Positions 8,398 to 15,591 of a stretch of DNA of 20,000 nt are shown here, piece after piece. Within the stretch, counting starts at the first letter, position 1. Each line of letters opens with the position of its first letter. The stretch lies in the IMG/VR virus record IMGVR_UViG_3300005617_000382. One strand, 5' to 3'. The translations under genes and the position numbers were made by a program. The notes beneath the pieces are model-generated. The model worked only from the letters and a program-made list of their open reading frames with translations. It had not been told where the DNA came from and ran no database searches. This DNA is from an uncultured virus (IMG/VR IMGVR_UViG_3300005617_000382). Taxonomy: Duplodnaviria > Heunggongvirae > Uroviricota > Caudoviricetes.

Positions 8398-8749
8398 GAT
8401 GAGCGAGACGATCTACGACAGCGCGCCGCAGCCCGACCCAACCGACCCCGAGATCTTCCAGCACGGCGTAGCTGTGTTCATGGTCGCATCGCCACGATCG
8501 ATGACCATCGAGAAGTGGGTCCGGTCGGTCGCAGCCGAGACCGGGCTGCGCATGGACTGGCGCATGATAGGTGGCCGCGGTACGGTTCTCGTTCTTGGCG
8601 ACCGCGCTGACTGCGAGCGCGGCCAGCAGGCATGCGCTGACGCGATCGACAGGCTGAAGGAGATGTACATGGCCTGCCCGTACAACTTCACCAAGTCACC
8701 GTCGCCGGACGACGTCGTCTATCGCACGCTCGACATCGAGGCCCCATGA
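8390..8749 (+). CDS. Hypothetical phage protein
   Basis: Coupled ORF with globular composition; MDWRMIGGR motif. Confidence 0.6.
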   Translation: MDEMSETIYDSAPQPDPTDPEIFQHGVAVFMVASPRSMTIEKWVRSVAAETGLRMDWRMIGGRGTVLVLGDRADCERGQQACADAIDRLKEMYMACPYNFTKSPSPDDVVYRTLDIEAP

Positions 8750-8949
8750 CCCTAACCACCTCTCAGCTCGACGATCTCGAGCGCGTTATCCGGTCCGAGC
8801 GAGATCCGCTTGACGTGCTACAGGCTCATCCGCTGCTCCAGCTCGTGGCGATCGCGCGGGCGGCGCTGGCGCATGTCGATCGCTGGCATACCGATGAGCT
8901 AGACGATACGATGGACGCGCTCGTGGCTGCACTGCATGGTGACCCATGA
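8746..8949 (+). CDS. Hypothetical protein
   Basis: ATGA overlaps; GAGG RBS. Confidence 0.55.
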   Translation: MTLTTSQLDDLERVIRSERDPLDVLQAHPLLQLVAIARAALAHVDRWHTDELDDTMDALVAALHGDP

Positions 8950-9359
8950 CCACCGACGCCCGCGCTCTCATCGCGGAGTGGGTGCGACAGGAAGAGTCGT
9001 TCGACAACCCAGCGTCGACCGTCGAATACGGTCGCGCACAGAACTGGATCAGGACCAACCTCTCGGCCCTGCTCACCGGCTACTCCGCGGCGCTGGACGA
9101 GGTGGAGCGGCTACGACCGGTAGAGCCATGGGTGGCGGAGCTACAGAAGGAGCTGGACGCCCTCCGCACCGAGCTCGGCGAGGTGAAGCTAGTCATCGAG
9201 CAGCAGGACCGGGATCTGGAGCGGATGCGGGCAGGGCTGACTGAATTCCGCGAGGCTGTCGAAAAGAACTACGACGATGACATCCGTCGATCTTGGGTAC
9301 GCGACCAGATCGATGACATACTCGAAAGGACCCCATGCACGGACACGACGACGAAGTGA
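8946..9359 (+). CDS. Coiled-coil phage protein (Ead/Ea22-like segment)
   Basis: ALL...ALDEVERLR motif followed by heptad repeats. Confidence 0.55.
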   Translation: MTTDARALIAEWVRQEESFDNPASTVEYGRAQNWIRTNLSALLTGYSAALDEVERLRPVEPWVAELQKELDALRTELGEVKLVIEQQDRDLERMRAGLTEFREAVEKNYDDDIRRSWVRDQIDDILERTPCTDTTTK

Positions 9360-10390
9360 CGCCCGAGATGGCCGCAGCCTACATGCGCAACCTGGACAAG
9401 TTCCGCGAGGCGATGTGCAAGGAGTTCCCGGAGCCACTGATCGTCATCGGCGTCGACTACGGCTCCGAGCCTGCCACCACGGTAGTCCACCACAAATGCG
9501 CCCGGTGCGAGCAGGTGCTGCCGGTCATGCGCTGCGGCCTGTCGGAAGCGGCGGCCCAGGCGAACCTTGACGCGGCGCTCGCCGCGCACCAGGAGCGCTG
9601 CTTCCGCCCCGGTGATCACGTCAGATGGGAATGGAAGAAACACGGTCGCTGGGCCGAAGGCGACTTCGTCGGCGCCCTGAAGTGCGACGGCTGGACTCGC
9701 TACACGATGATCGTTGCTGGAGCGTCGGTCGGAAACTGGAGCGCTCTGTCGCCCAGTCTGCCGATCGGCAAGGAGCACCAGTTCGGCGTACGCGTCGACG
9801 GTACCGGACAGGACATCCGCCGCATCCCGCGCCCGGAGCAGAAGGTCGAGTTCGGGACGTATCAGGAAGGCTTCGACAGACAGGCGGAGCAGCCGACCCT
9901 CTCCGCTCGCCTCGGCCACCTCAAGCACGGACCCGGCGGCTCGGGGCCCTCCGGTCCGTGCGATGCGGACTGCAGGAAGTGCGCGGCCGAGAGGAAACCG
10001 CAGGAATTCCATGCAGTCGATTGCCCGTACTACGACAGCGTCGACGCGGAATGTATCTGCAACGGTCCACCGCCCACGATCGAAACGCCGTGGATCACGC
10101 CCGGTGGCCCGAGGCCCGACCCACTCGACACGAAATACGACGGCCAGACCCTCCGCGACCTCCTCGCCGCGGACCTCGCCATGAGCCGCGAGACGCTGAT
10201 CTCCGACATGCCGCTGTGGTTCCGCATCCAGGACGGCTTGACGCGGACGCAGCGGCAAGCGGTGAGCGCGTACAGGAGCGCGGAGTTGAGGGCCAAGATC
10301 GCCGCCTCGCGTGAAGCCGAGCGATGCGCGGTCAGGGTGGATGACGATCTGTGGCTGGCGAACTGTAAGGATGTCGATGAAGATCTCTGA
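9335..10390 (+). CDS. Mosaic hypothetical protein with several Cys/His clusters
   Basis: AAAGGA RBS; CARC...H..RC, CDADCRKC and HAVDC...CIC motifs. Confidence 0.65.
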   Translation: MHGHDDEVTPEMAAAYMRNLDKFREAMCKEFPEPLIVIGVDYGSEPATTVVHHKCARCEQVLPVMRCGLSEAAAQANLDAALAAHQERCFRPGDHVRWEWKKHGRWAEGDFVGALKCDGWTRYTMIVAGASVGNWSALSPSLPIGKEHQFGVRVDGTGQDIRRIPRPEQKVEFGTYQEGFDRQAEQPTLSARLGHLKHGPGGSGPSGPCDADCRKCAAERKPQEFHAVDCPYYDSVDAECICNGPPPTIETPWITPGGPRPDPLDTKYDGQTLRDLLAADLAMSRETLISDMPLWFRIQDGLTRTQRQAVSAYRSAELRAKIAASREAERCAVRVDDDLWLANCKDVDEDL

Positions 10391-10784
10391 ACTGAAGGTC
10401 GGCGACCGCCTCGAGAATTACCGAACCGGGACAACAATCGTCGTCGAGAAAATCGAACCGTGGTCGGGTGGCAATGGCGACATCAGCTTTCGCGAAGGCC
10501 TAACGTGGGCACGCCAGCGCTCAATGACGTTCAGGCAATTCGAGCGCCTGAAGTTCATCCGGCGACTCGGCGATCGACGCATACGCCTGACCGAACAGCA
10601 GTGGCGCGACGTGTTCAAGATCCGCTGCCGCTCGAAGCGCGGCGAGGCCATCTCGGCAAGTGACCTGGCCATGTGCGAAGCGGCGCTCAAGGATGACCCC
10701 AAGCGCTACAGCAACTCCGAAGTCGACGTGTTCAACGCGACCGTGCCGTTCGGATCGAACGTCCGACGAGTCAGAACACCTTGA
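10371..10784 (+). CDS. Hypothetical protein
   Basis: MSMKISELKVGD start (10371, or 10377 with TAAGGA RBS), a beta-barrel-like N-terminus. Confidence 0.6.
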   Translation: MSMKISELKVGDRLENYRTGTTIVVEKIEPWSGGNGDISFREGLTWARQRSMTFRQFERLKFIRRLGDRRIRLTEQQWRDVFKIRCRSKRGEAISASDLAMCEAALKDDPKRYSNSEVDVFNATVPFGSNVRRVRTP

Positions 10785-10929
10785 TCACCTTGCTCGCGAC
10801 CGTGAACAGCGTCACAAGCAGCCCGCACCAGAACAGAGCGCGGCCGACTTCGACGACCTTGGCGTTGGCCGCGAGCACGTAGATGAGCAGACCGACGATT
10901 GCGGCCAGGAGCGGGATGATGGCGATCAT
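10771..10929 (-). CDS. Small two-TM membrane protein (52 aa), not in the ORF track
   Basis: Manual translation MIAIIPLLAAIVGLLIYVLAANAKVVEVGRALFWCGLLVTLFTVASKVIKVF; strongly GC3-biased codons; candidate promoter just upstream. Confidence 0.7.
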   Translation of the reverse strand: MIAIIPLLAAIVGLLIYVLAANAKVVEVGRALFWCGLLVTLFTVASKVIKVF

Positions 10930-10935
10930 GGAGAC

Positions 10936-10964
10936 AGCGTACCCTGTCAGACGCTGTTAGCTAA
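10936..10964 (-). promoter_or_regulatory. Putative sigma70-type promoter for a leaderless transcript of the 52-aa gene
   Basis: Minus strand reads TTAGCT-17 bp-TACGCT, with 6 nt to the ATG and no SD. Confidence 0.4.
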
Positions 10965-10989
10965 CGTACCGCGTGTTTCCGCCAACCAG

Positions 10990-11016
10990 TCGACATAGAA
11001 GCAGTCGTGCTATAAC
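10990..11016 (+). promoter_or_regulatory. Putative sigma70-type promoter for the RNA cassette
   Basis: Extended -10 TGcTATAAC (11008-11016) with TCGACA upstream (15-bp spacer). Predicted +1 at ~11022 coincides with the start of the long stem. Confidence 0.55.
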
Positions 11017-11021
11017 TTCCT

Positions 11022-11140
11022 GGCACGTCCAATCGCAGCGAGCCCACACGCAATGTTGCCCCATGGTGGGGCGACGGTCTTGTAAACCGTAGGGGCTGGT
11101 TCAATTCCAGCACTAAGCGCTCGCCGCACTCGGACGTGCA
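11022..11140 (+). ncRNA. Long-stem RNA with tRNA-Thr(UGU)-like head (tRNA-like core 11050-11119)
   Basis: D arm CCCC-ATGGT-GGGG; anticodon arm ACGGT-CTTGTAA-ACCGT; T arm GCTGG-TTCAATT-CCAGC. Acceptor GCAATGT/ACTAAGC has 3 mismatches. Enclosed by GCAGCGAGC/GCTCGCCGC and GCACGTCC/GGACGTGC helices. Confidence 0.7.
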
Positions 11141-11143
11141 ACA

Positions 11144-11212
11144 TGCAGGGAGAGGCAGACTCAACCGCGGCTCATAACCCCGGTTCTGCCGGTGCGACTC
11201 CGGCCCCTGCTA
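11144..11212 (+). tRNA. Atypical tRNA-Met(CAT), initiator-like
   Basis: Acceptor TGCAGGG/CCCTGCT plus A73; anticodon loop CTCATAA; T arm GCCGG-TGCGACT-CCGGC; shrunken D arm GAG-GCAGA-CTC; no encoded CCA. Confidence 0.7.
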
Positions 11213-11215
11213 CGA

Positions 11216-11548
11216 ATGGGAACCACCTATTACCTCGCGCGCCCGGACAGCGGCACGCTGTTCGACCTCGGGAAGTCGTACGAAGCGGCTCGCACGTGGC
11301 GCGGCGAGGTTGACCGGTTCACCACCGTCGTCGTGGACACCTCAACCGGAGCGCTCGCCAAGGTGCTGCGAACCGGCATGGGGTTCGAGGCTGAGACGCC
11401 CTACCTGTGTGAGGTTATCCGCCGGATTCGCCGGTTCGCAGACGGTCGCGAGGTGCATCTGCTAGACGAGCATGATCTCGAGGACGATGCGTTCCGCGGT
11501 GAGGGCGGCGAGCTGCGTGTAACCGGATCGCGATTCGATGACGGCTGA
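11216..11548 (+). CDS. Hypothetical phage protein (MGTTYYLARPD...)
   Basis: ATG directly after the tRNA-like gene; globular sequence; ends at the strand convergence point. Confidence 0.6.
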   Translation: MGTTYYLARPDSGTLFDLGKSYEAARTWRGEVDRFTTVVVDTSTGALAKVLRTGMGFEAETPYLCEVIRRIRRFADGREVHLLDEHDLEDDAFRGEGGELRVTGSRFDDG

Positions 11549-11549
11549 C

Positions 11550-11861
11550 CTATTGCCTCCCCCAGTGAACCCCGCAGCTGCATCCCTGCTCGACCGCAGC
11601 GTGCGCGTGGATCCTAACCAGCATGAATCCCAGCTCGACAAGCGCGGCCACGTGCTCCGGTAGGTCCGCCGCGCCGAACACGTCGATCGACTGCTCGTAC
11701 GGGTCGAAGTTCCACCCGGGGCCCCACTCATCGCTGAAAATCCGGTTGAGCTCGGCCTCGAGCTGGTGTTCGACGGTCAGCGCATGGGCCTCGGACGCGA
11801 ATAGCACCATGGCCAACGGGACGACGATCTCCGGTCTTGACTCGACGGTCTGCATGCTCAC
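11550..11861 (-). CDS. Hypothetical protein with C-terminal HxH...CxC motif
   Basis: GGAGG upstream; GTG 11861 or ATG 11855; coupled to the upstream gene. Confidence 0.6.
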   Translation of the reverse strand: MSMQTVESRPEIVVPLAMVLFASEAHALTVEHQLEAELNRIFSDEWGPGWNFDPYEQSIDVFGAADLPEHVAALVELGFMLVRIHAHAAVEQGCSCGVHWGRQ

Positions 11862-12139
11862 CCTCCACTGTCGAAGCCGTGAAGCTCGGCGATCAGCCAA
11901 CGCCCCGCGACGTGATCGGTAACCGCGAGCTCGTCTGGTCCGCGGTTGTGGGCCGCGAGCCACAGTTCTCGCGGCGTGAGACCGTTGCTTCGAGCGAGCT
12001 GCTCGAGAGTCCGGTCATGGTTATCCTCGATCTGCGTGCGCCACCTCTCGACGAACGCCCACGGCACACGGCTCGGCCACGAGCGCCGGACCGCAGCCGG
12101 AACGGTCGTGTAGTCGTGCGAGATCGGGAAATGCGTCAT
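11858..12139 (-). CDS. Hypothetical phage protein
   Basis: ATG 12139 overlaps the peptidase stop; VPW...NHDRTLEQLA..GL...E motif. Confidence 0.6.
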   Translation of the reverse strand: MTHFPISHDYTTVPAAVRRSWPSRVPWAFVERWRTQIEDNHDRTLEQLARSNGLTPRELWLAAHNRGPDELAVTDHVAGRWLIAELHGFDSGG

Positions 12140-12885
12140 GTCCGGTCGATCTCCACGAGGTCGCGCATCAGCTGCCGCAGGTTGAATCCCGACGGCGAGA
12201 GCATCGTGGTGTCGTCGATCCACTGCTCGTCCAGAGCGGCCCACGCCTCGGAGGTGTAGCGCTCCGACCACTTGCGGGTTGCGACCTTGAGCCCGCCCCA
12301 GGTCACGTAGATGTCGAACGAGCGATCGTAGCTGAGCTTCGCCATCGCGTGCGGACCACGACTGTTCGGCTCGTAGCGCCGGCCGATGCCGACGTCCCAC
12401 ACGGTCTGGTCGAACGTGGCCAGCGGCAGGTCGACGCCGCAGTAGACCCATCCGGTGAGGTTCAGTGCCGCTTCCATGTGCTCGCGGTTTGCTGGATCGA
12501 CGGCGACGAACGCGCCGAACCGGTGGCCGCAGAGCCCGACGGCGCGCATCTCGGTGAGCACGTCGAGCATCTCGGCGCCCTGATCGGTCTCAGGTCGCTT
12601 CGGGTCGTAGCCGCTGACATCCTGGTAGAGCCGGATCACATCTCCGCCGATGATCGTCAGCGGCCGGCCGGTGTTCGCGGACTGAGCCTGCAGGTAGTGA
12701 CCGATCGCGGCGCACGTGCAGTCGCCGAGGGAGTCGTTCGCGAACATCCCGAACGCAGGCGCATCCTGTGGGTGCGCCCAGTCGCGCGCGGGTGGGCTGG
12801 CCGGAACGTCCTGCAGCGAGACGTATCGCGCGAACTGCAGCGTCCGTGGATCGGTCCGCGACGGTATCCGGCCGAGCTTCAACAC
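12136..12885 (-). CDS. Papain-like (C1-type) cysteine peptidase, candidate endolysin
   Basis: KLGR N-terminus; NDSLGDCTCAA (catalytic Cys), GPHAM (His), VTWG; lies downstream of holin-like genes. Start GTG 12885 or TTG 12882. Confidence 0.7.
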   Translation of the reverse strand: MLKLGRIPSRTDPRTLQFARYVSLQDVPASPPARDWAHPQDAPAFGMFANDSLGDCTCAAIGHYLQAQSANTGRPLTIIGGDVIRLYQDVSGYDPKRPETDQGAEMLDVLTEMRAVGLCGHRFGAFVAVDPANREHMEAALNLTGWVYCGVDLPLATFDQTVWDVGIGRRYEPNSRGPHAMAKLSYDRSFDIYVTWGGLKVATRKWSERYTSEAWAALDEQWIDDTTMLSPSGFNLRQLMRDLVEIDRT

Positions 12886-12995
12886 TGCCGTAGCACCGCG
12901 CCGACGACCAGCACCGCGAGCAGACCGAGCGCTGTGATCACGATCGGCATCGCCCACAGGGATACCAGATCTGCACGCCTCAACCACGCCCGCAT
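12879..12995 (-). CDS. Small single-TM peptide (38 aa), not in the ORF track
   Basis: MRAWLRRADLVSLWAMPIVITALGLLAVLVVGAVLRQC; exactly fills the gap between the holin-like and peptidase genes. Confidence 0.5.
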   Translation of the reverse strand: MRAWLRRADLVSLWAMPIVITALGLLAVLVVGAVLRQC

Positions 12996-12997
12996 CG

Positions 12998-13699
12998 CTA
13001 GAGGTTGCCGGCGGCCGTCTTGAAGGTCGCACCGTTGGCTTGCGTGGCCCGGAAGTCCTCGAGCGCAGCGCGGGCAGCGCGTCCCTGCTCGCCGGCCGGT
13101 GCTGCCCTGCCCTTCGGTGGAGCCAGGTAGTGTTGGACGACCTCAGCTAGCGCGCAGCCGCCGAGGTCTTTCCCCGCTGTGATCGCCTGACTCTCAACGT
13201 CCTTCCAGCTACCGCTCGAGGTAAACACGGCCCACAGTGAGCCGACCAGCTCCATCAGCTGCGTCTGATCCTGCGCAAGGCAGTCGATCACGACGGCGCC
13301 ACCGGTGACCACTGCGGGTGTACCGCAGGCGGGCTGCATGGACAGGCCCAGCGAGACGACCAGTAAGGCGACGAGTGACCCGCGGGTCGTGAACTTCGGG
13401 GTCGACATGATCGTCACGGGCGCTGCGGACGCTGCCGTCTTGACCATGGTGCGGCTCACGGTGTAGCCAAGGGCGCCAAGGATCGCTGCGGCCATGCCGG
13501 CGATCGCCAGCGCAGTGCTGTTGGTGAGCGCGCCGCTGGCGTACAACACGGTCAGCGCGAGCGCGGCCAGCTTGAGCCAGAACTCCGAGGTGCGCCAGCC
13601 GGGCGCTGGTAGCGCCGGCGAAATGACCTCGCCGGTTCCGATTACCGTGCTCGGGGTGGGGCTCGTCGTCGTTGTGCTGGTCGTGGTGATGTCAGTCAT
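12998..13699 (-). CDS. Holin-like membrane protein fused to a lipoprotein-like C-terminal domain
   Basis: AAAGG RBS; PGWRTSEFW, two TM helices, YTVSR; then a third hydrophobic helix ending QPAC. Confidence 0.6.
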   Translation of the reverse strand: MTDITTTSTTTTSPTPSTVIGTGEVISPALPAPGWRTSEFWLKLAALALTVLYASGALTNSTALAIAGMAAAILGALGYTVSRTMVKTAASAAPVTIMSTPKFTTRGSLVALLVVSLGLSMQPACGTPAVVTGGAVVIDCLAQDQTQLMELVGSLWAVFTSSGSWKDVESQAITAGKDLGGCALAEVVQHYLAPPKGRAAPAGEQGRAARAALEDFRATQANGATFKTAAGNL

Positions 13700-13703
13700 C
13701 GCT

Positions 13704-14147
13704 CTACCTTTCGTCGTCGCCGACGTTGCGATCGCTCCGGATCGGGACACCCTTGACTGCGGTGGTCCGGCGCGGCCCGGCTTGCTGCCGGCGCTGCGGA
13801 CCCGGCCGCTCCGGCTCGGTTTCTTCGTCGACGCGCTGGAACGCCCGGAGCGTCGTAGGTGTCATCGGCGGCATGGACTGCACCGGGGTGCGCTCGCGTG
13901 CGACTTCGATGGGCGCGGCGCCCGGTGTGTGGTGGTAGATCCACCGCGTGATGTGGTCGATGTCGGCCCGCTGTGCGGCGAGCGCGCCGGCAAGGTCGAT
14001 CTGCGCGTCCGCCAGACGCAGGTTGCTCGATGACTGATCGTCCATGGCCTTGGTGATCCGGGTGACAGCCCACCGGATCATTCCGGCGATCGTGCCGAGA
14101 CCGGCAATCACAGCAGACAGCAGTGTCGCAAACTGTGCGTCTGTCAT
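13704..14147 (-). CDS. Membrane-anchored coiled-coil protein (lysis region)
   Basis: GAGGG RBS; N-terminal TM, coiled coil, charged tail. Confidence 0.65.
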   Translation of the reverse strand: MTDAQFATLLSAVIAGLGTIAGMIRWAVTRITKAMDDQSSSNLRLADAQIDLAGALAAQRADIDHITRWIYHHTPGAAPIEVARERTPVQSMPPMTPTTLRAFQRVDEETEPERPGPQRRQQAGPRRTTAVKGVPIRSDRNVGDDER

Positions 14148-14238
14148 CGATCCCTCGTCGTCGCCAGGTGTTGCCCATCCACTGTCAGGCTATCCAGGAT
14201 CACGACGGTATCGATCCGTCATTGGCGGGTCGATACGG

Positions 14239-14373
14239 CTAGGATCGGCGCGGCGCGACAGGCTCTTGGTACGTCGGCGGCGACTCATTCGGTCGATCCG
14301 GCTGCTGCGGCGGATGAGGCTGCGGCTGATGGGACGGCTGAGTCGGCGTAGTCGGGGTCTTGGGTTCGGTCAT
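14239..14373 (-). CDS. Pro/Gln-rich peptide (44 aa), not in the ORF track
   Basis: Strong TAAGGAG RBS; MTEPKTPTTPTQPSHQPQPHPPQQPDRPNESPPTYQEPVAPRRS. Confidence 0.55.
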   Translation of the reverse strand: MTEPKTPTTPTQPSHQPQPHPPQQPDRPNESPPTYQEPVAPRRS

Positions 14374-14390
14374 GATAATCTCCTTACGGC

Positions 14391-15146
14391 CTACGGTGTC
14401 GGCATCGTGGTCGGAATGGCTTGCAGCGCGGCTACGTGAGCGTCGAGAGCCGTCGTAGACGTGTCGATCACAGCGGTCGCGGTGTCGATCGCAGCCGAAG
14501 TGCCGCTCAGCTTGCTCAGTGCGTCGGTAAGCTGATCGATGGTGGCCTGCGATACGCCCTGTGCTCGCAGTGTGTCGATAACGTCTTGCACGCGCTTAGC
14601 GGTCTCGGCAATAACCAGCCCCTCTGCGTCGAGCTTGGCGTTGGCCTCGTCGAGCTTGACGCCTTCGGCGGCGACCTTGTCGGCGAGCATGGTTGTGGCC
14701 GCGTCGACGGCTGCGGATAGATCGTTGACATTGGTTGCCATGAGCTGAGCTCCTGCGATGATTGAGGCCAAGAGGGCCGTTTGTTCTCGTTGCTCGAGTT
14801 CGATCTTGGCGATCTTCGCTTCGATTCTGTCGAGCTGGGTGGTCATCAATTGAGACCATGCACCCGGATTCTGCTCAAGGCGATACATATCGCTGTCATA
14901 TACAGGGCCGATATCGACTGCAGTATCGACAGCAGTAATCGGAAGCCGGCCAAGTCTCACCGCACAGGCTGCGCAGTAGTACGTCGTCGATCGAACCGAG
15001 CACTCGGCGCACAGCCCGGCCTCACGGTTCGCCTTGCGCCGCTTCGCCCGCCACTCACGGTCGCGCGTGCGCTGAGCATCCCGGTGCGGCGCGCAGCGGA
15101 TCGAGCCGGGTGCAGCTTCGGCCGGGCACTGGACGCAGGTGGGCAT
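14391..15146 (-). CDS. Zn-finger N-terminus plus long coiled-coil C-terminus (possibly two in-frame products; internal ATGs at 14846 and 14741)
   Basis: CVQC...CAPH, basic helix, CAEC...CAAC; then Ala/Thr-rich heptads; AGGAG precedes ATG 14741. Confidence 0.6.
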   Translation of the reverse strand: MPTCVQCPAEAAPGSIRCAPHRDAQRTRDREWRAKRRKANREAGLCAECSVRSTTYYCAACAVRLGRLPITAVDTAVDIGPVYDSDMYRLEQNPGAWSQLMTTQLDRIEAKIAKIELEQREQTALLASIIAGAQLMATNVNDLSAAVDAATTMLADKVAAEGVKLDEANAKLDAEGLVIAETAKRVQDVIDTLRAQGVSQATIDQLTDALSKLSGTSAAIDTATAVIDTSTTALDAHVAALQAIPTTMPTP

Positions 15147-15147
15147 G

Positions 15148-15591
15148 TCATCGGCGCAGCAGGAGCGCCCAGCCGACGAGCGAGCTGATGACGGAAACCG
15201 CCGCGACGATCCACCCGATGTAGTCTTTGAGTCCGCCAGCTCTACCGGTCTGCGCTGCGCTCATCGTGGCGATCATGGTCGCCTGCATCGACACGGTCTC
15301 CTTGACCTCGTTAAGTCGACGATCCATGGCATCGAGCGCATCCTTCGTGGCAACCCCCTGGCGCAGCTCGTTCAGGCCCTCGAGCCGCTTCTCCGTGGCG
15401 ATCTCGGCCTTGACCACAGCCTCCTTCGCAGCGAGCAACGCGGTCTGGACGGCTTTCTCCGCGGCCGACAGCGCGGCGGTCAGCGCGATCTGCTGCGCCT
15501 CGCGAAGCTGCAGGGAGAGCAGCTGGTCGGCGGCGCGCAGCGACTCGATGTGCTCCTTGAGCGTGTTCAGCGTCCAGCCGCTATCGGTCAC
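15148..15591 (-). CDS. Coiled-coil protein with C-terminal TM helix
   Basis: GTGA overlap with the lyase-like gene; AAEKAV...KAEIATEKRLEGLNELR helical repeat; C-terminal TM. Confidence 0.65.
   Translation of the reverse strand: MTDSGWTLNTLKEHIESLRAADQLLSLQLREAQQIALTAALSAAEKAVQTALLAAKEAVVKAEIATEKRLEGLNELRQGVATKDALDAMDRRLNEVKETVSMQATMIATMSAAQTGRAGGLKDYIGWIVAAVSVISSLVGWALLLRR

Noticed and set aside
11022..11140. Assignment as a canonical YrlA Y RNA or a functional standard tRNA-Thr
   Set aside because: Arm order is not permuted as in YrlA and no Ro60 gene is in the window; the acceptor has three mismatches and no CCA.
11545..11560. Terminator at the convergence of the two transcription units
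   Set aside because: The stops are 1 bp apart with no hairpin or U-tract visible.
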